From Catajapyx aquilonaris (Eukaryota): a DNA stretch of 64,000 nt. Below, piece after piece: positions 37,848-50,388 of this stretch; within the stretch, counting starts at the first letter, position 1; each line of letters opens with the position of its first letter. The translations under genes were made by a program, and so were the position numbers. The notes beneath the pieces were generated by a model that did not search any database, was not told where the DNA came from, and worked only from the letters and a program-made list of their open reading frames with translations. Location: positions 1-64,000 of the forward strand of contig JYFJ02001216.1 of the NCBI GenBank assembly GCA_000934665.2, in the 5' to 3' direction.

Positions 37848-38592
37848 TACCGTACTGCTACCCCATGTCACGCACAGTCACGCTGGACCCAACCCGTTCT
37901 TTTCTCACATCACAGTCTGTCACGATGTTGATGTACTATAGCTACGACCTTATAATCATAAAGAAATAATATTTGTCGCAAATAAAATGCATTATTCCTT
38001 ATTTCAAAATTTCCCAACTATACAAAAGCTCAATGACAAAAATAACAATGTGGTTATGTAGGCTAACAGATTTAAATGCTGTAGGTGCAATCATACCAGA
38101 CTTAAAGTTTACACTATACCTATTTGCATTGATATAACCGATGTGCGTAAAATACTAGGTGAAACCTATAAGTTCAAACACAGAAAAAAATACATTTTCC
38201 GACAGTACTATAAAATCCACAGTGTCATCATCATTAATGTACACATGTACGCTCCCTATAGAAGTGTCGCAAGATTTCTTCAGGGATAATGCTGTGTGAT
38301 AAGCTCCTTTCTCTAGTAGTACTTAGATATAAAAAATCGCTCTTTGTCTGAGGCTGACAATAAGATCGAAGTACTCTTATCGTTTATGAATGGAATAATT
38401 CCATCCGAATATCTAAGCAGATGTTGGGAAACCGTCAGAATAATTAGTATAATCCGACTGAACCTGAAGGCAGACGCCTTTCATTATTCAAGTGGTTCAC
38501 ATGCACTAAGTGGCTAAAGGAAGTCTTGTAGTGGCAAGGATTTTATGAAGCAACCCTGCTGTGGAGACACGGAAGATTGAACAGGACCGGAA

Positions 38593-39262
38593 ATGTCAAG
38601 GAGAATCATACTCGGCCTATTTTGTCTAGCAGCAGGTAAGCTCTCAACTTTTATAAATCTGCGATCATACCTATTTACTTTTCAACCATACAACGACTTA
38701 CTCAAACTAAGAATGGTTGCATTTCCTGTCAAGTTTTGGTGCTGGTCTCGTCCAAGAAATGCAAAAAAGCGATGCGTAACGACGCCCCGTCCAAAGACTC
38801 GCCACAAAAGGCATGCCTGCAAGCTGAGATAAATAAGCTTCTAGCTACAAAAGCCTCTAACGCAGAAGACAACGTTTGCAAGTGAGCATTTTACGACTTC
38901 TTAAAAATTCTACATTAGTAATTGTGGTGGTGATAATGTTTTTTTTTTCATTTTTAAAGTTTGGCAACTGAGTTAGAAAAGTGCCTTAATGATAAAAAAG
39001 TGTCCCCAGACAGAATCAAGGACATCATGGAGAAAGTGGATGAGTTGATTAAGGTTAGTAAACCCTTTAATACGAATACGCTCTAATTAATACAATTTTA
39101 AATATTAGTCACCGCTGTCGTTCGTTTCAGAGAACCTGCAAAATGATCAAGGATCTACAGGACAAACGCAAAGAAGAACTGAATGCTGCCGAGTCAGGTG
39201 AAGAAGGTTCAGATGAAAAAGGTTCAGATGAAGAAGGTTCAGATGAAGAAGGTTCAGATTAG
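38593..39262 (+). CDS. Family B gene B5: Lys-rich module with an acidic repeat tail, 4 exons
   Basis: MSRRIILGLFCLAA|VLVLVSSKKCKK..KAC..NVCN|LATELEKC..ELIK|RTCK...AESG-EEGSD-EKGSD-EEGSD-EEGSD*. Confidence 0.82.
39200..39259 (+). repeat. Coding 15-bp tandem repeat x4 (GAAGAAGGTTCAGAT = EEGSD)
   Basis: Seen directly at the B5 C-terminus. Confidence 0.95.
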
Positions 39263-39505
39263 TCCTAGTTGCAAAAGTACTAATTGCAGTAATTGTGTCA
39301 CGACCACCTAATCTCCTCAAGTTAAAGTCTGTACTAAACACTGTTAATGGGGCGCAATAAAAAGTGAATAAGTATAGTGCTGGAAGAAAGAAAGGCCGCA
39401 GAGTTAATTTGTCCTGTTCACAAAGAAGATAATTATTTTGGCTCGATTACTTCATAATTATACATGAAGCAGTCCAGCGGGACCGGTTCATCAACAGGTA
39501 ACACA

Positions 39506-39735
39506 ATGAGTGTCAAATCGGTTGTGTTGTCCCGGTGGTGTTCTCACGTCTTGCAGCAGGTAAGACTCACCAGTTTTTTTTCTTCTCCAAAATGCATTGC
39601 TTTAACGCTCCTTCTTTTCCATGCGTTTACATGCAAGCAGTAATTGAAAGTGTGAGTGTGACATGTCCTGCAGCTGCAGATGTCTTTGACCAAGTAGTTA
39701 GCATGACCAGAGATGCTTTTCGTCTGAACCTCATT
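39506..39735 (+). pseudogene. Family C pseudogene fragment (C1-like exon 1 and part of exon 2)
   Basis: Frameshifted signal exon ending LAA G|gtaag, then AVIESVSVTCPAAADVFDQVVSMTRDAF, similar to C1 NVTCPLQVLDQIVLMANEAL. It ends abruptly. Confidence 0.7.
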
Positions 39736-40008
39736 TGTCCACTGCGACTGCTAACATGCATTGTCTGTACACCTCAAATCCGCTGCAATAAAAAATGATT
39801 GAATTTAGTTTCATGATCCGCACTGTCACAATTAAACTTAGGCACATACTTACCAGCAAATTGAGTCTGATTGCCTGTCCTCGTTGAACTTGACCTCCAC
39901 CAACGAGCTGTTGTAGCACTTTTTAAACTCCTTCACTCCTACATTTGGAAATTACAACCAACCGGTCAAAATGAGGAAGAGGAATGTGGTGGTGCTGTGA
40001 AGGTCCAT
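39734..40008 (-). pseudogene. Family B pseudogene fragment on the minus strand
   Basis: MDLHSTTTFLFLILT G|(24-nt intron remnant)|VKEFKKCYNSSLVEVKFNEDRQSDSICC|GFEVYRQCMLAVAVDK*, giving the KKCY..CC|x7C pattern of B1/B2. Minus-strand TATA-like AATATAAA near 40051-40058. Confidence 0.7.
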
Positions 40009-41452
40009 GGCTGCTGCGGTGTGAAAGGACGGCCAGACACGTGCTGGCCTTTTATATTCTCGGACCTCATTGGCTCATTTGCATGCACAGCTCGAATGTG
40101 ACGTAGCAGTGTTCGATGGGAATATTCTGTCTACCTGGGCCATATTGCTGAATTCGCAATTTTACCAACGAAGGCATACTTGACATAGCATAACTGGGGA
40201 TTTGCAGTAAAACGCTACCTTATTTTTAATCAACTTGTCGTACGACTTATCTTAATTTATTGTCGGCGTAAAAGTACATAAGCTGGCGAATTGCGAGTAA
40301 ACAATGTTAATGACATTTTGCGCACTCTGCATTATTAAGCTATTTTTTTGTGCAGGGTGGTGCACTGCCAATTCCCCCATTTCATTTCGGGCGCCGGATG
40401 CATTTGCAACAATGACTTATAATATTATTCCGTTTCAGACGAAGCAAGGTACTGCTAAAATTGCGATTGTAAATAAAGTAGTATTATGAACTGAACGTCT
40501 AGATTTCAGAGTATATAGAAAATGCTGAGACTAAATGACATCTTGACATAAAGTGATCCTCTAAAAGTATGGCTTAATAAGAATTGCTTTTAAATACCAT
40601 ATATCATTTACTTACTTAATTATAGCGAGGCAGAGGACAAGTGTGGGCGTAAAAACAGGTCAAAACGCAGCAGCCACATATTACACGGGCGGTGTTGCTT
40701 TATCTTGAAGCTAGTTCCACTCATAAAATAATATTACGACGCCCGTGCATAGTTATAAAAGTTTTCTTTGGATATTAACTATACATTTCACAAGCATATA
40801 AGTTATCTGCACATCATGGACTGTGACATGCAATATCCAGAGGAAGAAGATTAACACACTATATCATGTGTGATGTAGCTACACCATCCGAAGGGGGCAG
40901 CGATCTTTAATCCTACCTAACTTAACTTGTAAGAGTGTTAAAAGTGATCACGTCTTGATAAAATGTATTGGTTCAGAAGCAGGAAATTCTAGTTGTATCG
41001 GAATGAACAACTGTTTTAAACTCAGTTTTTATCATCTATGCTAAAGAAAGTAGTAGACAATCATCATTGATGCATCGTTATTGGCTGTTTTACCGCCCTT
41101 CGATTGCGAAACTCCTTCTTGCACAACTTTTATTATAGTTACTGTAGTAGGTTCAACTGTATGATTCTGCAATAATAATCTAGACAGGTTGGCTTACATT
41201 TCATGAGTTATGATCGGCGCATCTTATGACTTGGGACGATATGCCTGAACAATGAGCTTAGTTTCCACAAATATTCTGCACATTGATTTATGAACACTGT
41301 TGTATCATATGACAAGAAAGATAAGATGTATACCAGGAAAGAGAAAAATACAGGTAGAGTGTTGCTATAAGTAAATAGTCTACTACAACCCCAAACCACC
41401 AGTCTGAAGCCTTACTTTGTGTGAGGAAAACCTATCGATTCTTCATGTTACT

Positions 41453-44400
41453 ATGAGCTACAATCTGAAAATGTTGACGGTATTACTCATACTGCTACCA
41501 GGTGAGTATTAGCAGAATATAATAATTGAAGAGCTTATTAGGTCAGGAAGGGGACATGTCCAGTTCAGGCTTTTTTGAGATCCCATTATTTTCCTCACGT
41601 TTATATCGCTTTGCAAGCTTCCTTTTTCGGAAGGAAGGATGAAAATATTATGTCGTACTGCGGTGGCAGTGTTAATTCATAAACCCCCCCNCCCCCCCCC
41701 CCCCCAATGGGCATGTCCCCCTTTTGATTTAAGAACCTCAATCATCATTATTAATGCCTATAGTGTTATCAAACCTGCCCTCCCAACACGTGCCTAAAAT
41801 GTACAACGATTCTCTGCAGTTTTTAAATGTAAAGAGTTTCTTGTTTCTCAACAGCTCTGACTTGGAGCCAGCTATGTGACCAATCTGAAGTTGACCGAGT
41901 GGTACAAAGTATTACAGATCAGGTTGTCGATGCGTTCAACACCACTGGAAAGGGCATTCCATTGAATTCCACAGAATTGGAGGATACCTGCCCGTATGTC
42001 ATCATCACAGCACACATTTCGCAGATAATTTTTGATGAATTTACTATTTTTGTATTTTAGAGCATTACTTACCTTAATATTGCCATTATATAGAGACCAC
42101 ATTCACTATCATGTGCTCCATGTAACATTCACAGCTCCTTGCGGAATTTGTCTAGCGGAATTTACATGGCAGTGGAACCATGCATTCCGGAAATGGACCG
42201 ACCAGATGTGCAGGATCTAATAAACAGCCTGGAAGTAATCGTAGAGAATCTTTGCGACAACAGCACCTTGCAATCACGTAAGGCTCACACTGAAAATAAT
42301 ATTACCTTAATATACAGTACGAATGACCCCTCCATACAGAATAACGGAACCTGGCTTCAGATGCAACTTATTGATAACTAAAAATTTTGTTTGCTCCTGG
42401 AGAAAAAATAATCGAGCATTTCTGTCACATGTAACGGAAACCTGTTCAGACAAAATGTTTTATGGCATCGGACGATTCCCTTTTAGAGAGAAGGAATTAT
42501 GGATTGTTTACCTCAAGAAACCAGTGTAAACGGTAAAGAGAAGGAACAATCACAAGGGAGTGGTGAACCATTGAACATGTGGTTGTATCCCCCCCCTCTC
42601 TCGGATGGCTTCTCATAAAACTACGTACAGTTCATAACTAACTTTTTCTTATTCTCCTCCTCCTTCCCCTTGGACAGAGCACCAATCTACGACTATGCAG
42701 ACTGTAGACTCATCTTATCTCTCTGGAAAAAATATGCCTGTAAACGAGAAATTTTATTATAATTTATTAATGATTGCATTGACAATGGGGGGATGGAATT
42801 GGAAGTAGGGGTGGCGTATTTTACGAGACAATTTTCTGTGGTCGCCAACAAAAAAAAGGTTGAGAAGCCCTGCTGTAGATTGCATGTAGGTTGCATTGTC
42901 ACGTTGCATATGTGCACCCGGGAAGACCACACATCTATATTAATATGCAGTACATGTATGTGACAAAAGTCCTGGGAACAGTTGCATCTGGTGCGTGGGT
43001 AACAAAATAATCTGTATAGTATTAAATTACATAATCTAAAACACTGTCGGTTTCAGTGTATCTGGCAGCAGCACGCTGCATGCACTTCAACATGTCTATT
43101 GCGATCAATGGTTACGGCGACCGGGTACTGCAAGAAATGAACGATATACTTAGCCACTACTTCAAAACGGATAACTTGTGCTGGTAAGTATTTATGAAAT
43201 GGTCAAATGAGATTAATATTTTTTCTGTATCAGTCATTATTCTGCGCACAGTGGTAAGGTACTACAATACGTCTGTGATGGAACATGTGTATATAACTCC
43301 CTTTTAATTCTAATAACATTCTGTCAAACATAGCTTGTGATCAGAATATTTCTAGAACCATATTTCTATCAAATAATTCAATTTCAAGTGAAATACATCA
43401 AATGAAAGAATGAAATGAAAGTTTGAGCTTGCCTATATATGGAATAAAACCAAAGTTTCATCCAGGGTTCCTAATAATTTCACCATAATTATAAGCCTCA
43501 TTTACTATAGTAGTTAATCATTTAACGTGCCAAATGTTATACCATAATAATGAACATTACTAGAAAAAGTTTTGTGTCATTTTACGTTTTGTTCATTTAC
43601 AGTCCCATTGTCCAATCCAAGTATTTCATGGACTTGTTCGCAAGGCAGTACTGTAAAGACACGAAAGCAGATGAATTCTTCCAGGAAGCATTCGGGATGG
43701 TGGAAAGCAGCGAAATATATCAGGTAGGGTTATATTATTTTCATACAAGTTACTGCAAAACTCAATCATCAGTATTGCCAAAAGTTACTAATTTTCCGTT
43801 GATTTATGTATGTAAGCATCAATGAAAGGGAAAGTATACAGCCCCTGGCCTGTTTGAAGAATTTAAACTTGACTGTGTGGTCTTTACGAAAATGCGCGAA
43901 AATGTGTGAGAGAGGTAGGAAAATCAGGTGAATATGGGGTGAATCCCATATGCTTTTGGCGGAATGCCTGTCACTTCTGTGACACGATTGTCTGCATTAG
44001 TACTCTTATTTTTTTTTCTAAAGAAAGGCCATTATTTTATCAAGCAGTGATTTGGACCTCTCATTATAGTGTAATTACGAAAGTATTCGGAGCAGTATTT
44101 TAACAATGAGCTTATACCACATATTTTACAATTAGATCAAAAAGTCATTCGTCATTTGGCCCCGTTTACTGCAATAATGAACCTCTTTTTCAGCAATTCT
44201 GCCTAACAGAAGATTGTCACACTTGGACGACACCAATACCTACCACTACACCTACTATTATTACAACACGTACCACAGCAAATGCCGGCACAACAACAAC
44301 CACCTCCAGTCCTCCCACAACATCCTCCACCCCGCCAACGAAGACCACCGCATCCAGCACTGATTCGAGTACAACAAGTGCAACAACTGCAACCTCGCCA

Positions 44401-44529
44401 TTCACCACCGGAGTCACCACAGCTACTACCACTACCGGTACTTATCCTCCAGCGCCTTATGTTTACATGGAATATGACCAAACCATACACAAAGTCATCC
44501 ATTTCCGGAGGAGAGAAGTTCGCCACTGA
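41453..44529 (+). CDS. Family C gene C2: single domain plus Thr-rich mucin stalk, 6 exons
   Basis: MSYNLKMLTVLLILLP|ALTWSQLC..IPLNSTELEDTCP|..PC..LCDN..|YLAAARC..LCC|PIVQSKYF..YC..|QFCLTEDCHTW-TTP...HFRRREVRH*. Confidence 0.82.
41538..41732. mobile_element. Possible MITE in C2 intron 1
   Basis: Imperfect inverted ends TTAGGTCAGGAAGGGGACATGTCC and GGGCATGTCCCCCTTTTGATTTAA around a poly-C run; absent from C3 intron 1. Confidence 0.4.
42721..42872. mobile_element. Truncated hAT-like element end in C2 intron 3
   Basis: Ends AAAAAGGTTGAGAAGCCCTG (reverse complement CAGGGCTTCTCAACC, a typical hAT/Charlie terminus). The segment is absent from the paralogous C3 intron; the left TIR is missing. Confidence 0.5.
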
Positions 44530-45911
44530 GCTGAACGGCTGTCCATGATTAAATTGTGTGATGCTGTATAATTACGACATACTGACCAATAAATGTAATG
44601 TACTGAGTAAAGCTGAGCATATAGGATTTTTGTTTATTTATTGAAAGGTATTGTTTAGGTGAATGCAGGATGGTGCAGAAGGTTATGGTGCAGGTGTTAT
44701 GATGGATGGTTCACTCCAGCAACCCTGTTTCAAGAAAAGCAACCACCACGACAGGTGATTGTTGCTTCTCTAGTTGAACTGGCTGCTGGGATAAACAATA
44801 TCATAATTTTTTTCTTCCTGTATACTGTCATCTTGGACTTAGCTCACGTACTGTATAACAGACAAATTATGCAACTATGGGCGGTAGTTGCATAAATTAT
44901 AGTCAGCCGGCATTCAATTATTATCAGATTAAATTCACCCTTCACCAACAATAAGTGTCCATTATCATGTCATTTACGTTACTAGACTGTAACGCGCCTT
45001 GCCAGTTTTGCATATTTTGCCAATATGCATGCAAATGGCAAAAATCTTCTATCCTGGCGAAAACTTTATTTCGAAGTTGTTTATCTAATAATATGGAAAT
45101 GACTTGCAAATAAAGAATAAGTCACCTATTTAATATTGATTTTTATTGCTGCTTATTGCATGTGGATCTTAAGCAGAGTCTTTATTAGTCGATTTGAAAA
45201 TGATAATTGAGGTAAAGTGTTAATACAAGAGTACACGATTAGTCCGAGCTAGAGCTGCAAAAATTCTGATTTTGTATGGACTTTGTGTGAACTTCATCGT
45301 CCAATGTTAAACTGTAGCTTTTGTACTTGCCTTTTTAATTAACCCAATGGCCAGAATCACGTGGTACATGCTCAGGACTACTTTACGATGAATCTCAATT
45401 TATTTCCGAGCAATTTCCCAGAGAGATATACAAATTAAAAATAAATGACCAAACTGGTGCTCTATAACGGACGGATTACAACCTGAGACATGTGATTTTA
45501 TTCAACAACTTATTACATCCAGGCTTATCCACAAAATCATAGACAACTACACTGCTGGACTATGTTTGGTTTCAGTTGTCTAATGAAAGACAGGAAGCAT
45601 TATAAATTGTTTAAAATATTTACTAAACCTACGAAGTGAAGCACTCACTGCGTTAAACAATACTTCAGTGATCTAGTGGAAGGCCATTTTTAGGTTAATG
45701 TTTCCTTATGATTACATATATACGGTTCCGTGAACCCAGCGATAGGATAACTTCAGTATCTCTGTGCACAGGGTGAATTAGCATGATAAGATATGGTATA
45801 CAGGAAAAAGAGCCATCTGATGTGTAGAGGTGTATGATACACGATAATATCGAGCGAACAGCCGCCATCCTTTGTGTGAGCAAAATCTATGGATCCTGGA
45901 GGTTAAATAAC

Positions 45912-48900
45912 ATGGGCGGCTCACACTTTATGTTGGTGCTCATCTTCTTGCTACCGAGTGAGTTGTATTATTGGCACATCTGTCAAGCGTATCATTGACT
46001 CGTATTTTTTAAAAACTGTTGTTTCTCAACAGCTCTGACTTGGAGCCAGCTATGTGACCAATCTGTAGTTGACCGAGTGGTACAAAGTATTACAGATCAG
46101 GTTGTCGATGCGTTCAACACCACTGGAAAGGGCATTCCATTGAATTCCACAGAATTGGAGGATACCTGCCCGTATGTCATCATCACAGCACACATTTCGC
46201 AGATAATTTTTGATGAATTTACTATTTTTGTATTTTAGAGCATTACTTACCTTAATATTGCCATTATATAGAGACCACATTCACTATCATGTGCTCCATG
46301 TAACATTCACAGCTCCTTGCGGAATTTGTCTAGCGGAATTTACATGGCAGTGGAACCATGCATTCCGGAAATGGACCGACCAGATGTGCAGGATCTAATA
46401 AACAGCCTGGAAGTAATCGTAGAGAATCTTTGCGACAACAGCACCTTGCAATCACGTAAGGCTCACAGTGAAACATTACTTTAAATACGAATGAAGCCTG
46501 CATTACAGTATAACGGAACCTGGCTTCAGATGAAACTTATTGATTACTAAAATTTTTGTTTGGTCGTGGAGAAAAAATATTCGAGCATTTCTGTCACATA
46601 TGTAACGGAAACCTGTTCAGACAAAAGGTTTTATGGCATCGGACGATTCCCTTTTAGATAGAAGGAATTATGGATTGCTTACCTCAAGAAACCAGTGTAA
46701 ACTGTAAAGAGAAGGAACAATCACAAGGGAGTGGTGAACCATTGAACATGTGGTTGTTTATTTCTCTCTTCATAACTAACTTTTTCTTATTCTCCTCTTC
46801 CTTCCTCTTGAACTGCTGGAGCCTTTGGTCAGAGCACCAATCTACGACTATGCAGACAGTAGACTCATTCTATCTAGATTGCATGTAGGTTGCATTGTCA
46901 CATAACATCTCGGGAAGACCACACATCTATATACAGGGTGTCTCAACTTTTTTGTCCGAACAATTATTGGAAATATTGCACTAAGCTGCTTATTTTTTAG
47001 CAGTGATGCATCCCTGGCTTTATCAGTTGAAGGATGTGCCAGGAATGTTGGGGCATATTCTGGCTACATAGCTAGAAGATACATAAAATGCTTTTCCGAT
47101 AACTGTTCGGACAAAAAAAATCGAGACACCCTGTATATATACAGTACATTTATATGTGACAAAAGTCCAGGGAACAGTTGCATCTGGTGGGCAATAAATC
47201 TGTAAATTACGAGGTAAATTACCTAATCTAAAACACTGTCCGTTTCAGTGTATCTGGCTGCAGCACGCTGCATGCACTTCAACATGTCTATCGCGGTCAA
47301 GGATTACGGCGACCGGGTACTGCAAGAAATGAACGATATACTTAGCCACTACTTCAAAACGGATTACTTGTGCTGGTAAGTATTTATGAAATGGTCAAAT
47401 GAGATTAATATTATTTCTGTATCAGTCATTATTCTGAGCACAGTGGTAAGGTATACTACAATCCGTCTGTGTTGGAACATGTGTAGAAAACTCCCTTTTC
47501 ATTCTAATAAAATCATGTCAAACATATACGTAGCTTGTGATCAGAATGTTCCTTGAACCATATTTTTATTCAGTTCAATTTCAAATGAAATACATCAAAT
47601 TAATGAATGGAAGCACCTAATTGAATGCTTACACGTGATTCTCTCATAATTACATTGATAATTTCTGAGGCATGTGAGCAAGTGCATAGTTTCAGCATAA
47701 CGTTTTTAGTGATTTTGTCAACCTCAGATATATTTTCCAAACTATCAAATATGTTAAGATGTTTCCCCCCTTCAGATGTTAAGCTGTAAATATGTATGAC
47801 GCTAAAAACCAAACCAGTAACAATGTTAGTAATTATATTCACAATGGTAACCAGTCGTCTCCCCCCAAAGGTTTTTTAAACCCACCAGGGTACAATAAAT
47901 AAATAAAATAATTACATTGATAAGCTTGAAGTTAATGCTCCGTGTATTAATGCTGAGGAAAGGACCTCGACGTACCAATAACAGAATCCTGCAAGTCCAC
48001 ATGCAAGAAACCTCCATCTGGATCTGAACCCATCTGTGATGAATTCATACAGTTTTCCTAAGAAATTAACTGAGCATACTGAAAAGTCAAAGCCGTGGAG
48101 AAGGGGAAGTGACATGCAATTTTTTGATTGCGCTTTACATAGAATAGAAGTTACTGTGAACATGTATACTACATATACATACGTATATGGTTGAAGTAAT
48201 TAGCACCCCAGGTTTAAGCATGTCCATCGAATCAGACCAGTCTCATCCAGGTTTTATACCTATATACTTCACCATATAAGTGTTACTTACTTTAAAAATT
48301 AATATGTACTGTAAAATATGCAATGTAATGAATTATTAGCTTATACTAAAAAGTTGTGTATAATGTGGCATACTTTTCATCCACAGTCCCATTGTTCAAT
48401 CCAAATATTTACTCGACTTGTTCGCAAGTCAGTACTGTAATGACACGAAAGCAGAAGAATTTATCCAGGAAGCATTCGGGATAGTGGAAAGCAGAACAAC
48501 TTATCAGGTAGGCCTATTGCAAAACTCAATCACTATAGACATATGTTACTAATATTTAGTAGATGCATGTACGTGTGTGGGGGGTGGGTGTATAGGGAAA
48601 AAGCATACACCTATTGGCATCGTGAAAAACTTTTTATCGTGGTATTTTTTTAAAATGTTGCAATGGTCGAAAAATTAGGTGTAAATCCCACATTCTTTGG
48701 CGGAATGATTGATCGTTAGATAAAACGCCTATTACTTTGGGCTACACGTAATTGCCTGGTATTTTCTAAAAAGTGGCCATTTTGAGAGCACTCATTTTAT
48801 ATTAGTTAATCTTTAGAGAATTCTTATGGTAACGCCCCCTCTGCGTGCATTTGACCAGTGCTCCAAATAATATTATTTTCCTAATTGATCAACCTAGATA

Positions 48901-50388
48901 ATTAAGATTACCTCAGCTTACATTAATTAAACACTTACTATACGTTCTAGGCCTATAGATTATTAGTTTGACTTTTGGAAGACGCCTGTTACATAAATAC
49001 TTTTTACTTGCAAGATATTGACATTATTATTTATGACTTTTATGCCTATAACTTTTTCAGGCGATGAACTGGTAATCCGCAACACGGATAATAATCCGTA
49101 CCCGAATAATCGAGGGAACAGTCCTCTGCACACATATTTGCTCTCTATCTTCGAACATCACACTTCAGTGCCTCTTATTAGTGCGTATTTGTGCATATGA
49201 TAGTTAAGTGCCTCTTCAGTGCCTCTGAACTGTGACTAATGGGGTTTTCCTTATTGCACATTAGCGTCTCCTTTTCTGTCTGCAGCTCCTGCCACAGCCT
49301 GTGTCACCGACATTGGCAAAAGTACATTCGCGGAAAAACCTTAGGCCTTAGGGATAAAACACAATGAAGTCTTCCATCCGGAAAGATGCAATACTCGGCC
49401 GAAGACTTTGGAAATCATGTTTGACGAAGATAGCCGACTTATTGGCTAATTTTGCAGATTTCATCCTCTTGTTATGGTCTCCAGAAAACTCATTTCGATC
49501 CGGCTCTTTGGCTCATTAGATGCGTCTTTACTTGAAGAAATAAATGGGAGTGCCAGCTCACTCAGAAAAATAGCAAATATGGTCAGACACCTCCTCGACA
49601 ATATTACTATATATGAATGATTTTTTTTGGACATCTAACTGAAAAATGCAACAGTTCCAGTCAGCATTCACACACACGGACATTAACTCAGATAACTAAC
49701 TATGAACTCGTATCTAGGTTGGCGATATAATTATTCTGTCCTCAGCAACCCGGCATAGTGGACACGGTTCGAATCCGGGTGCTGCTTCCTCATCGGTGAT
49801 ATGTAAAATGACGACAGTGTCAGATACACAATAATTTATGATAAATATTATTTTATGAGTGAGGAATAGATCTGGATTCTCTATTGTCATTGTAACAAGC
49901 CTTTTATACTGCAATGAACCCTTTTTCAGCAATTCTGCCTAACAGAAGATTGTCACAGTTGGACGACCCCAATACCTACCACTATACCTACTACAACACT
50001 AACCACAACAACAGTCAGTACAACAACTACCAGTCCGACCACAATATCAGGTGCGACTAAATCAAGTACCCGAGGGTCAAGCCCAACAGGCACTACCGCT
50101 AGTCCCGGTACGGTAAGCAGCTCCAGAGCCACTACGGGTAGCTCAAGTACCTTGGTGACAAGCGGTACGTTCACTCCAACAACCCACAAAATATCACTAC
50201 TGATCTGTAGTGACATTCCTACCACATCCTTCACAGGTTCATCCAAGACGACGACAACTCCTGGGACAAGCAGCTGCCCTCTCCCATATTCGACGACAAA
50301 AGGGGCTAGCGGACACCCATCATCTTCTCTAACATCTACTCTGACTTGCTTTATTGTCACATGCACCATATCGATAATAAATTGGTGA
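45912..50388 (+). CDS. Family C gene C3: single domain, long Ser/Thr stalk, hydrophobic C-terminus (GPI-like), 6 exons
   Basis: MGGSHFMLVLIFLLP; exons 2-4 nearly identical to C2. Last exon QFCLTEDCHSW-TTP...KGASGHPSSSLTSTLTCFIVTCTISIINW*. Confidence 0.8.
46934..47133. mobile_element. MITE (Tc1/mariner type), 200 bp, in C3 intron 3
   Basis: TIRs CAGGGTGTCTCAACTTTTTTGTCCGAACA and TGTTCGGACAAAAAAAATCGAGACACCCTG, TA flanks. The empty site is visible in C2 near 42935-42945. Confidence 0.88.
49732..49790 (+). mobile_element. tRNA-derived SINE remnant in C3 intron 5
   Basis: Perfect B-box GGTTCGAATCC at 49766-49776, preceded by CTGTCCTCAGCAACC, similar to CTCTCCTCGCAACC in the element at 1-48. No cloverleaf. 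Confidence 0.4.
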
